DNA of 64,000 nucleotides from Candidatus Eiseniibacteriota bacterium (GTDB lineage Bacteria; Eisenbacteria; RBG-16-71-46): NCBI GenBank assembly GCA_044223005.1, contig JBGAML010000006.1, positions 128,001 to 192,000 of the forward strand, read 5' to 3'. Shown piece by piece: positions 1 to 9,052 of this stretch (position 1 is its first letter; each line of letters starts with the position of its first letter). The notes under the pieces were generated by a model. It saw only the letters and a program-made list of their open reading frames with translations, ran no database searches and was not told where the DNA came from. The position numbers and the translations under genes were made by a program.

Positions 1-1
1 C

Positions 2-127
2 TACGGCAGCGTGATGTCGTCGAACTACAACGGGCGGGGCCGGCTCGCGGAGATGGTGGTGGAGGGCGGAGTGCTGCGGAGGGCGCGAGCGGGCGAGACG
101 CCGGAGGATTTGGTGGGGAGGGGGTAG
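2..127 (+). CDS. lysA: Diaminopimelate decarboxylase, C-terminal fragment (runs in from the window edge)
   Basis: Frame 2 reads YGSVMSSNYNGRGRLAEMVV...ETPEDL*, matching the LysA C-terminal (A)YG..MSSNYN.R...AE motif; TAG at 125-127. Confidence 0.85.
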   Translation, partial: YGSVMSSNYNGRGRLAEMVVEGGVLRRARAGETPEDLVGRG

Positions 128-156
128 GGGGGGAGGCGGGCGTTTGGAGGTAGAGC

Positions 157-570
157 ATGAGGGGTGTCGGCTTGTCGATATGGGTCATCGTGAGCGGTGT
201 GGTCGGCCTGATGACGCTCTCCTACGCGCGCATTGAAGCGATCCGGTGGCCGATCCGCGCAAGGAGGATGCCCGGCCTGGGCGGCTTCGCGGAGAGCTTC
301 GGCCGGACAGAAGTTGATGTCGTGGTGCGGGCCGTCTATCGCGCGATTGTCCATGAGCGCGGCCCCCAACTCGTGGTCGTACGTGCGGACGACGATCTCC
401 AAGGGCTATGGGGCATCGTCGACGAGGATCTCGACGACCTGGTTCGCGCCTGCATTGGGAATCTTCCGCCCCATCTGAAGTTCGAGCTGGCCGGTCATCA
501 CAACTTGACCACTCCTAGGGATGTGGTCGAGTTCATCGAAGCGAACACGCGACAAACGACTGTTTCGTAG
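157..570 (+). CDS. Hypothetical protein: N-terminal TM helix plus an acyl-carrier-like C-terminal domain
   Basis: GGAGG RBS upstream; hydrophobic N-terminus; DDDLQGLWGIVDEDLDDLV...LTTPRDVVEFIE resembles the ACP helix pattern. Confidence 0.6.
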   Translation: MRGVGLSIWVIVSGVVGLMTLSYARIEAIRWPIRARRMPGLGGFAESFGRTEVDVVVRAVYRAIVHERGPQLVVVRADDDLQGLWGIVDEDLDDLVRACIGNLPPHLKFELAGHHNLTTPRDVVEFIEANTRQTTVS

Positions 571-951
571 GAACTCCTTCGGTCTGCTGCCTGCGTCCGA
601 CAGCTGTTCCGCGAGCGCTGGACTCGGTGCGCGCTTCGAACTGGCGATTTCTTCAATCGATTCGGACTGATGAGCAACCCTGAGCGGGGATCCCCGGCTC
701 GCGTTCCGGATGTCCGGGCGCATTTGACTCCGCTCTTGACAGCGTTTCGCGCCCGGGAAGTTCGCGAACGACACAGCGCGCGCCGCGTCGCGTGAACGCG
801 TCACCGCTACGCGTGCGCCGCGATTCGCGCCGGATCACCGCAACTTTGTCGCGTCGCGCCTCGTTTCGCGGCGTACGCGCAGGTACGGCGGCCGAATTTG
901 CGTGTGCTATGAAGTACGTGCGCCCGACACGCACCCGCCCCCGACGCGGAT

Positions 952-2316
952 GTGCTCATGCGGACCGTTCGCTCGCTCTTCTCGCTCACGCCCCAGGTCC
1001 TCCTTTCGGAAACGCGCTCGTTGCTGGCGGCGCGCGCGGTCAATCTCGCAGAGCTGCTCGAGCACCTCGCCGAGATCGATGCGCGGAAGCTCTACGTCGA
1101 GGCGGCCTACGGCTCGACGACGGCGTTCCTCGTCGGCGAGCTCGGGATGGACCCGGATTCGGCGGACAAGAAGATCCAGGCGGCACGTGCGGTGCGCCGC
1201 GTTCCGGCGCTGCTGTCGGCCATCGCGGATGGGCGGCTGCACCTGAGCGCGGCCCTCATGCTGTTGCCGTCGATCGATGTCGAGAATGCCGAAGAGCTGA
1301 TCGCTGCCGCCGCCAATCACTCGTGTGGTGAGATCCGAGTGATGCTCGCCGAACGAGCACGAGCGCGCGGGCCGCAGGTGGGCGGCGACCTGCTCTCGCA
1401 AGTCGTTGCGAATACTGAGAGCGAACCGGATTCAAATCCGGTCATTTCCAGAAATGGTCAAGCGGTCGCGGCGGTTCAGGCGACCGCTGCCCAGCCCACT
1501 GCGGCCACTCCGGCGCGTCGCACGATCACGTTCACGATCCCCGCCGAGCTCGCCGACGCCTATCGCGCGGCCCTCGCGCTCGCACCGTACGCGATCGCGC
1601 ACGACCCGGCGCGCGCGTTCGAGCAGATGGTCGCGGCGTGGCGCGAACAGTTGGAGAAGCGGAAGTTTGGGACCGGCCGGCGCTCGCCACGGCCGGCGGC
1701 CGCGTCCAAGGGACCGTCCCCGCGCGAGAACGCCTCGGCGCCGCGTCGCCGCCGCTACATCCCCAAGCACGTGCGTCGCGAGGTCTGGCACCGCGACGGC
1801 GGTCAGTGCACGTTCGAGAGCGACGCCGGCCGCCGCTGCGAACGTCGCTCCCAACTCGAATACGACCATGTGATCCCCGAAGCGCTCGGCGGCGACGACT
1901 CGGCGAAGAACCTGCGCCTGCGCTGCTGCGCGCACAACCAGCTCGCGGCGGAGCGCGCGTTCGGGAAGCGCTACATCGAAGGCAGGCGCGAGGTCGCCCG
2001 CGCGGAGCGAGCATCGCGTCGGGCCGAGCGAGATCGCACGGAGGCCGTTCGCGCCGAAGCGCTCGCCGCACGCGATCAGGCGCGCGCCGAGCGCGAACAC
2101 GCTGCCGTCGCCGAAGCCGCGCGCCGCGCGGCCGCCGACGAGGTCGTGCCCTACCTGCGCCAGCTCGGGCTGCGCGCGAGCGAGGCGAAGGCCGTCGCGC
2201 TCAAGACCGCGCTCGCGCCGGACGTGCCGCTCGAAGCGCGCGTCCTCGCCGCCGTGCGAACTCTCGGGCCTCGCGGCATGCGCGTGGAATCGCGAGACGC
2301 CGCGCCGCCCGCGTGA
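952..2316 (+). CDS. HNH endonuclease, DUF222/13E12-like, with a RuvA-CTD-like C-terminus (start may be ATG 958)
   Basis: RYIP..VRREVWHRDGGQC...C.....LEYDHVIP..LGG....NLRLRC.AHN HNH motif; N-terminal LLEHLAEIDAR.LY...AY.S helical domain. Confidence 0.85.
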   Translation: MLMRTVRSLFSLTPQVLLSETRSLLAARAVNLAELLEHLAEIDARKLYVEAAYGSTTAFLVGELGMDPDSADKKIQAARAVRRVPALLSAIADGRLHLSAALMLLPSIDVENAEELIAAAANHSCGEIRVMLAERARARGPQVGGDLLSQVVANTESEPDSNPVISRNGQAVAAVQATAAQPTAATPARRTITFTIPAELADAYRAALALAPYAIAHDPARAFEQMVAAWREQLEKRKFGTGRRSPRPAAASKGPSPRENASAPRRRRYIPKHVRREVWHRDGGQCTFESDAGRRCERRSQLEYDHVIPEALGGDDSAKNLRLRCCAHNQLAAERAFGKRYIEGRREVARAERASRRAERDRTEAVRAEALAARDQARAEREHAAVAEAARRAAADEVVPYLRQLGLRASEAKAVALKTALAPDVPLEARVLAAVRTLGPRGMRVESRDAAPPA

Positions 2317-2519
2317 GCCGCGGGCCACGATCTCGCGCGCGATCGAGGTGTCGCGGCCGCGGCCACGCCGCCGGCCGCTCGGCCCGCGCGCCCCGCATCG
2401 CCCGCGCCGCGCCCGAACGTCGCGCCGCTCCCGCGCGCCCGAACGCACATCGCCCCCGCAGCCGTCTCCGGCCGCGGGGGCGAGCGTGCTCCGTGAACTT
2501 CAGCGCGCCGCGCGCCGCG

Positions 2520-4976
2520 TCACCGCGCCAGCACCACCTTGCGCCGGAAGCTCTGGCCGCCGCTTTGGAAGACGACCATGTAGAGCCCCGCGGGCGTCGT
2601 GCTGCCGCCATTCCACGTGACGGTGTGGCGGCCGGCGGGCCATGCGCCGTCGGCGAGCGTCTGCACGTGGCGGCCGGCGACGTCGAACACGCTCACGTGC
2701 ACGTCCGCGGCGGCGGGTAGGTCGAGTTCGAAGGCGACGCGGCCGTGCGCGGGGTTGGCCGACATCGGCACGAACGCGAGCTCGTGCGGCGGGGCGAGAT
2801 CGTCGGCGCCGGTGGTGCCGGTGGGCAGCGTGGTGACGAAGCCGCTCAGGTTCCCGTGCGCGTCGATGGCGGCGATCTTGTACCAGTAGGGAGAGCCGAT
2901 GGCGTCGTTGTACGCGAGCGACGCGACCTGGCCCACGAAGTTGCCAGGGCCGGGCACGAAGCCGGACGTGCCGCCGCGGTAGAGGCGGTAGCCGGCGATG
3001 TCGGCGTCGGGGCTCGCGCCCCACACGAGATGGCTGGTCCCTGCGGCGTACGTGCCGGAGAAGGGCGCGGGGGGCGTCGGGGCGACGTTGTCGACAGAGT
3101 GGCCGTCGAACGACTTCGAATCCCAGAACGCGCCGCTCGCGGCGCCCATGGCCGAGACGAGGAAGCTGGTCGTGCCGGCGCCGCTCGCGGACGAATCGAC
3201 GAGCGTCGGGGCGGTGTACGAGTACGTCGCGAACTGGTGCGCGGGCACCTCGCCGAGGTACTCCCACGCGAACGCGGCGGTGGCGTCACTCGACGCGCGG
3301 AAGATGCGGCGTCCGCTCGCGGCGTCGGCGGGCCTCATCGCGGAGTTCGCGCGCAGCAGCTGCGCACCGGCGCGCGTGGCAGCCTGTGCGGCGGCGAGCG
3401 TGGTCGAGCGCCAGATCGTGTACGACGTCACGCCGGGGCTGGCGCCGGCGTCGAGGTACGACGCGGTCCACGTGAGCTGGACGTGCCCGCCCTGGTCGCC
3501 CGGGACGTCGGCGATCTTCGTGATCGCGGGCTCGGCGTTGCCGAGCGCGCCGAAGCGATCGATGCGCTGCACGCGCGAGACGGTCGTGCCGCCGCCGGCG
3601 CCGTAGTCGATGTAGCCGATCAGCGCGCCGCCCGCGGAATCGGCGCACGCGGCGTAGGCGAAGGTCAGGTCCGGCGCGATGGCCACGGGCGTGCCGCCCT
3701 CCTTCCATCCGGGAGGCAGGCCGCCGCCGGGAGCGATCCGCAGTGCATAGACGTCGGCGTCGAAGTCGCTTCCTCGGTAGTCCGCCCAGGTCGCGATCGC
3801 TCCACCGGCGTTGTCGGGAACGAGCATGACCACGAGCTGGCTGCCCGGCGCGCCGCAGAGCAACGCGCCATTGCCGGGCCAGCCGTAGGCGAGCGATCCG
3901 CCCGCGGTCAGGTGCGCGGCGAAGACGTCGATGTTGCCGTAGCGCTGGTCCTCCCAGGCGAAGTAGCAGCCGCCCTGCGGGTCGGACATCGCGTAGACCG
4001 ATATGGCCGGAGAGCTCCCCGACGCGATCGTGGTGCCGTTGGGGGCCCAGCCCGCGGTCGGGGTGCACGTCGAATCGACGTGCGTCGCGTAGATCTCGTA
4101 CGCGACGCTGTGCGCGCCGCGCCACGCGAGAAACATCCCACCGGAACTGTCCGCGGCGATCGCCAGGTCGTCCTGGCCGCCGGTGGTCGCGTCGAGCGTG
4201 ACGAGCGGGCTGACCGCCGCTCCGGCGGAGTTGAACCGGGCCGCTCGAACCTGGGCGACGCCGCTCAACGAATCGAGGCAGGCGAGCAGGAAGCCGCCGC
4301 GGCGATCGCTGACGATGTGCGGAGAGAACTGCGACCTCACGGGCGTCAGGAGGCCGGACGCCCATGCGATCGTGCCGTTGGCGAGAACGTGCGCACCATA
4401 GATGTCGACGTCGCCCGGGGCCCACTGGAGTTCCCACGCGAAGAATGCGCCTCCGGCGCCGTCGCTCGCGACCTGCGGGTAGATTTCCATCTGCGACATG
4501 GGCGAGAGCTGCACGGGCCAGCCGGCGACGACGCTGCCCGCGGCGTTCACCCGCGTGGCGTAGACGTCGTAGGTCGAGGAGCCGGTGCGGCCGTCGTACC
4601 ACGTCAGGATCACGCCGCCGGTGCCGTCGGGAATCATGCTCACGCCGTCGTACATGAGCACCACGTCCTGGTAGCCGGTCGCGGTCACGATCGGCAGGCC
4701 GGCGACCGGCCAGCCGGGCGCGACGTCGCCCTGCGACGTGATGCGCTCGAGGTAGAGGTTGTAGTCGCCGGTCCGCGAGTCCTGCATGAGGACGAACGCG
4801 CCGCCGCTGCCGTCGGGGACCGTCGCGCGCGGTCGCGTCGCCGTCTGGCCCGGCATGACCGACGGCCCGGGCACGAGCGGGTTGCGCGACCAGGCCGACC
4901 ACGCCGGGGCGGCGAGCACGGGGAGCAGCAGCGCGACGATGCCGAGGGCGCGGCGCAGTCGGACGGGAAGCGGCAC
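2520..4976 (-). CDS. Secreted beta-propeller repeat protein with an FN3-like segment and a FlgD/T9SS-like C-terminal domain
   Basis: GTG start behind GAGGAA; signal peptide (ALLLPVLAAPAWS); eight DGxGG...W.D.R...D.YA repeats; C-terminal NP...FDVAGR.V..L...W.G...GLY...RKVVLAR. Confidence 0.85.
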   Translation of the reverse strand: MPLPVRLRRALGIVALLLPVLAAPAWSAWSRNPLVPGPSVMPGQTATRPRATVPDGSGGAFVLMQDSRTGDYNLYLERITSQGDVAPGWPVAGLPIVTATGYQDVVLMYDGVSMIPDGTGGVILTWYDGRTGSSTYDVYATRVNAAGSVVAGWPVQLSPMSQMEIYPQVASDGAGGAFFAWELQWAPGDVDIYGAHVLANGTIAWASGLLTPVRSQFSPHIVSDRRGGFLLACLDSLSGVAQVRAARFNSAGAAVSPLVTLDATTGGQDDLAIAADSSGGMFLAWRGAHSVAYEIYATHVDSTCTPTAGWAPNGTTIASGSSPAISVYAMSDPQGGCYFAWEDQRYGNIDVFAAHLTAGGSLAYGWPGNGALLCGAPGSQLVVMLVPDNAGGAIATWADYRGSDFDADVYALRIAPGGGLPPGWKEGGTPVAIAPDLTFAYAACADSAGGALIGYIDYGAGGGTTVSRVQRIDRFGALGNAEPAITKIADVPGDQGGHVQLTWTASYLDAGASPGVTSYTIWRSTTLAAAQAATRAGAQLLRANSAMRPADAASGRRIFRASSDATAAFAWEYLGEVPAHQFATYSYTAPTLVDSSASGAGTTSFLVSAMGAASGAFWDSKSFDGHSVDNVAPTPPAPFSGTYAAGTSHLVWGASPDADIAGYRLYRGGTSGFVPGPGNFVGQVASLAYNDAIGSPYWYKIAAIDAHGNLSGFVTTLPTGTTGADDLAPPHELAFVPMSANPAHGRVAFELDLPAAADVHVSVFDVAGRHVQTLADGAWPAGRHTVTWNGGSTTPAGLYMVVFQSGGQSFRRKVVLAR

Positions 4977-5319
4977 GAAGTTCCTCGCTTTCGACGAAGG
5001 GAATCGAACGTGGGGAAGGGCGGGTCGCAGCCGACGGGGGGACGGCGTCGCGAGAGAAGCATGCCGGGACACCCACTTTCCGACAAGCGATGTCTCGATC
5101 GTCACGGCGGCTTCGGCGACCCGGGTCAAGTCGCCCGAAACGTAGCCGGGGCACGAGACAAGTGCGAAGCGGGCGGCACCAGTGCCGCGCCGGACGTGTC
5201 ACACGCAGAGGTATCCGGCGACTACCGGGCCAGTGGCCATACGCGAGCCAATCGGGCTCGCTCGCGCCGCCCGAATCTCATCGTCCTCGCCCCATTTGGG
5301 GCGGGAGAGGAGGGAACCC

Positions 5320-8286
5320 ATGTCGTCGCACGCCTCGCATCGTAAGCCGGAACAGCCCCTGGTGGTCCGTCGGTGTTCCGGGTTCTCCTCGTCACCCGCC
5401 GCACTTCTCCTGCTCGTACTCCTATGTGCCATGATTTCCGCGGCCGGGGCAGCATGGGCGGCGGCGACCTCGTGTGGCGTAGACCTCGATAAAGATGGGT
5501 TGGACGACGGCTTCGAGCAACAACTCATCGACTACTACCGGCCGTGGTACTACTTCGATTCTCGCCAGCACAACTCGGACGACAAGTGGCCATCCTCGGT
5601 GACGTGGTACATCAGCCGCTGCAGCCTGCGCTACTACGACGGGCCGCAGGAAGGGGCGAGCTCGCAGGTCGTGTATACGGCCGCCCAGTTGGCTGCGAAC
5701 CCCCTCCTCGTACTCCAGGGCGGCAACGGCGTGAGGCCGAGCTCGAATCGCGCGGATGCCGGTGCGGACGCCAAGAGCACTTATCGCCTGGACCTTCCGG
5801 ACGGGCCGGGAATAGGCGAAGGGCCGAACGCACATACCGGAACTTATGCCAGGGTCGATCTCGCGGGGACGACGGATTCGCCCGAGATCCTCGTCCAATA
5901 CATGCAGTTCTACCCGTACAACGATTTCCAAGATGCCCCAGGCGCGGGAGACCACGAGGCCGATTGGACGTTCCTCGAGGTCTACCTGCAGCCTCGAGCC
6001 CCGTTCGGCGTGCTTCGTTACGTGTTCCACCACCACGGCGACAGCAACTGTGCCGCCACGACGGTTTCAGGCAGCTACTTCGCCCAGTCGTACGGCGATT
6101 CGATTCCGCGTTGTTACATCGAGGAGGACGAGCACGAGTGGTGGCCGTTCCCTGGCGACAATGAATGCAGTTTCGCCATCTGGGACAACGCCTCGCACGA
6201 TGGACAGGGTGTGCGCTACCGCTCCGAGAACGTGCGGAACATCGGCGAGTATGGGAATCCCATGCCCGACCCCGAATCCCAGATCATCGTGAACTACAAT
6301 GGTCGCTGGGGAAACACGCTCGAATCCATCAGCATCGTCGGGTTCGACGTCTATCAGTGGGAGTCCCCGCACGGCCCACCTTTCCAGCACGCCTTCGGGG
6401 GGCCGACATGCCTCTCGACGCCGCTGAACTGGCCGGCCGACGGGACGCAGTGCACTTCGGTGACCCCGGCGCTCCGTTGGAGCGCGAATCCGTTGGCTTC
6501 CGGGTACCGAGTACAGGTTTCGACGAATCCGGCGTTCGGAGCCAGCGTCGTCGTCGACCAGCTGCTCTGCGGTGCGGTGACGTCGACGACGGTGCCGGGC
6601 CTCGCCCCGGAGCGCACCTACTTCTGGCGGGTCCTGACTCAGCCGGAGACCTGTGGAGGGAGCAACAGTTCTCCGACACGCGAGTTCACGACCGGTCCCG
6701 TGCCACCGCTGGCGACGACGCTTCTGGCGCCCGCGTCGGGTGCAGCGGAGCCGGGCGACGACGTGATGTTGCGCTGGAAGAGCGTCGCAGGTGCATCGTC
6801 CTACCGGGTCACCCTCCGCTGCAGCGGCGGTGACACGGTCGTGGACACCCTTGTGCCGGGACTGAGCCTGGCGAGCGTGCTGGCTCCGGCAGCCTATGCT
6901 TGGAGCGTGTCCGCGATTTCGACCGCCGGCGCGTGCAGCGCGACCGGTCCCGCATCACCCACCTGGAGCTTCACCGTCGGCTCTGGAGTACCTCTGCCGA
7001 GCCCGGTGCTCCTTACTCCGCTCGACGGGAGTGCGTGCCAGCCGGCTTCGGGCACGTTGCGGTGGCAGCCGACAGCCGGAGCGACGGGGTACTACGTTCG
7101 GTTGGAAAGGCACCGCTGCGACGCGCGGGGCGAGTATCACGTCAGCGAACCACATTTCGAGTTCTCGAACATCCAGGTGGCGCCGGACTGGACATGGAGC
7201 GTTCGAGACGACAGGCCGTGCTCTTCCTATTCGGAGTGCAGGACCTTCGCGGTCGTCGACTCCGCGCGCCGCCCGCACGAGCCGAAGCTGTCGAGCCCTG
7301 AAGACTTCGCGACCGAGCAGCCGCTCTCGGGACGACTCGTGTGGGAGCGAATTCCCGAGGCGGCATCCTACCGCGTACGGCTGGGGGGCTCGTGCGACAG
7401 CGTCCGGACGTGGGACGTCGATACGACGTTCTTCGACTATTCCGGCCTGGCCGAAGGCTCGAGCTACGCCTGGAGCGTCAGTGCGATCAACGAATGCGGT
7501 GTGCTCTCCGACCTGAGGTTCTGCCGAACCTTCACGACGGAACGCCTCTCGGGAATCGATCGGGTCTTCTTGCCCTCCGGCCTCACCTTCCCGCCTGGAG
7601 CCACTGGCATCACGATTCCCGTACTCGCCGAGAACCTTACGGGGCTTCGCCGCGTCAGCGTGGAGGTGAAGTTCGACCCACGGATCCTCACCTACAAGGG
7701 GGCCTCGGTGAACGGAACTCGCGGAGTGGACGGCAGGACCCGCATTCACGGAGACGGGCGGAACGGACTCATCTCCGTCGACATCGATTACCCGGCCGGA
7801 ACGACGTGCGCTCAGGCTCTCGAGGCTGGGGTCGGGCCGGTGCTCCTTCTGGGGTTCGATGTGGCCGCCAGCGCTTCGCAGGGGGCGACGACGGTGTCGT
7901 TCCACCAGGCGACCTTCGTGCCGTGCTCGGAAACGTCCATCGCGCCCCGGCGCTTCGATCAGGCGATCTCGATCCGCGGGACCACCGGTGTCGATCCTCG
8001 CGCCGATCTCGCCTTCGCCCTCGAACGGCCGCAGCCTAATCCGACTTCTGGGCCCGCTCGCTTGACGTTTGCGCTCCCGGAGTATTCCGACGCGGACGTC
8101 TCCGTATTCGACATCGCGGGCAAGCGAGTCGCGACGCTGGCGCATGGGCCGTTCCCGGCGGGGCGACACTCGGTGACGTGGAACTCCAGCGATCGTGACG
8201 GTCGACGAGTCGCCAATGGCATCTACTTCGTCCGGCTCTCGGGTGGAGGCCGAGTTGCTGCGACTCGGGTCATCGTGGCGCGCTGA
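5320..8286 (+). CDS. Secreted multidomain protein: Vps62/NPP1-like N-domain, FN3 repeats, cohesin-like domain, FlgD/T9SS-like CTD
   Basis: GGAGAGGAGG RBS; signal peptide; DLDKDG Ca-binding-like motif; YPYND...GDHEADW motif; repeated L.W....A..Y.V...Y.W.V FN3 pattern; FDP..L cohesin motif; PNP...FDIAGK.V...GIYFVRL CTD. Confidence 0.8.
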   Translation: MSSHASHRKPEQPLVVRRCSGFSSSPAALLLLVLLCAMISAAGAAWAAATSCGVDLDKDGLDDGFEQQLIDYYRPWYYFDSRQHNSDDKWPSSVTWYISRCSLRYYDGPQEGASSQVVYTAAQLAANPLLVLQGGNGVRPSSNRADAGADAKSTYRLDLPDGPGIGEGPNAHTGTYARVDLAGTTDSPEILVQYMQFYPYNDFQDAPGAGDHEADWTFLEVYLQPRAPFGVLRYVFHHHGDSNCAATTVSGSYFAQSYGDSIPRCYIEEDEHEWWPFPGDNECSFAIWDNASHDGQGVRYRSENVRNIGEYGNPMPDPESQIIVNYNGRWGNTLESISIVGFDVYQWESPHGPPFQHAFGGPTCLSTPLNWPADGTQCTSVTPALRWSANPLASGYRVQVSTNPAFGASVVVDQLLCGAVTSTTVPGLAPERTYFWRVLTQPETCGGSNSSPTREFTTGPVPPLATTLLAPASGAAEPGDDVMLRWKSVAGASSYRVTLRCSGGDTVVDTLVPGLSLASVLAPAAYAWSVSAISTAGACSATGPASPTWSFTVGSGVPLPSPVLLTPLDGSACQPASGTLRWQPTAGATGYYVRLERHRCDARGEYHVSEPHFEFSNIQVAPDWTWSVRDDRPCSSYSECRTFAVVDSARRPHEPKLSSPEDFATEQPLSGRLVWERIPEAASYRVRLGGSCDSVRTWDVDTTFFDYSGLAEGSSYAWSVSAINECGVLSDLRFCRTFTTERLSGIDRVFLPSGLTFPPGATGITIPVLAENLTGLRRVSVEVKFDPRILTYKGASVNGTRGVDGRTRIHGDGRNGLISVDIDYPAGTTCAQALEAGVGPVLLLGFDVAASASQGATTVSFHQATFVPCSETSIAPRRFDQAISIRGTTGVDPRADLAFALERPQPNPTSGPARLTFALPEYSDADVSVFDIAGKRVATLAHGPFPAGRHSVTWNSSDRDGRRVANGIYFVRLSGGGRVAATRVIVAR

Positions 8287-8426
8287 CTCGAAGCCGTTCC
8301 CGGGTTCCAAGCCCGAGCGCCCCGCGACATTCGTCGAGGGGCGCTCGGTTCGAAGCGTACGGGAGGTTTCCGCCGACGGCGCGCCCGAGGGGCCACCTCG
8401 CGCGCCGGGCCCGGCGGATGCGGCGA

Positions 8427-8684
8427 TCAGCGCGGGGGAGGCGTGCAGGGGAAGCAGCCGCCGCAACTCGAGTACTTCGTCTTCATGCCCCACGCCACGG
8501 GGTTGTTGCAGCAGTCGTAGCCGAACTGCCCCACGATCGTGGTGTGCGCCGCGTTGCTGTAGTACGTGCAGTTCGACGCGGCACGCGCCGCTCCGCCCGA
8601 CAGGGCGGCGAGCGCGACGACGCCGAGCAGCGCGACGCCGATGATTCCGAACAGCAGCCTGCCTTCTCCGGATCGAGTGCTCAT
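8427..8684 (-). CDS. Small secreted Cys-rich protein (DUF6289-like)
   Basis: GAAAGGAG RBS; signal peptide ending ARA; mature part CTYYSNAAHTTIVG...CC...WG..T.Y..C..C..C. Confidence 0.7.
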   Translation of the reverse strand: MSTRSGEGRLLFGIIGVALLGVVALAALSGGAARAASNCTYYSNAAHTTIVGQFGYDCCNNPVAWGMKTKYSSCGGCFPCTPPPR

Positions 8685-8971
8685 GGGGAGGGCTCCTTTC
8701 CGGTTCGGGATGCCGGCGCGGCGTTTCCGCTCCGGTGGGGGCAGGCTAGCGCGGCGCGTTCGCATCGCCACCGGTGACCGTCCGCGCCGCCCTGAGAGCG
8801 CGGGATCGTGTTTGGCGACACTTCATTGCCGCAGCGTTCCGGAACGCGCGCGATGTCCACCTGCGCACCCCTTGACACTCTGTCGCGCGACCGGTGACAC
8901 TGCGGCGCCGCTCGCCCGAGGCCGCGCATTCCCGACCCCGGAATCGCACGTGGCGAGCTCGTCGCACTACA

Positions 8972-8989
8972 TTGTGAATCTTGGCGCAA
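8972..8989 (+). promoter_or_regulatory. Possible Rex-like operator upstream of etfBA-nuo
   Basis: TTGTGAA-TCTT-GGCGCAA versus the Rex consensus TTGTGAA-N4-TTCACAA; overlaps a TACATT -10-like hexamer. Confidence 0.35.
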
Positions 8990-9052
8990 GGCGGATTCGC
9001 GCGAGCCGCGGACCGTCGCCGACGCCCTCACGCCCGACACGGGAGGTGGCGT

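Noticed and set aside
571..951. ncRNA (HEARO/OMEGA-like) upstream of the HNH gene
   Set aside because: No recognisable conserved structure by eye and no RuvC motifs in the protein; it would need alignment of paralog flanks.
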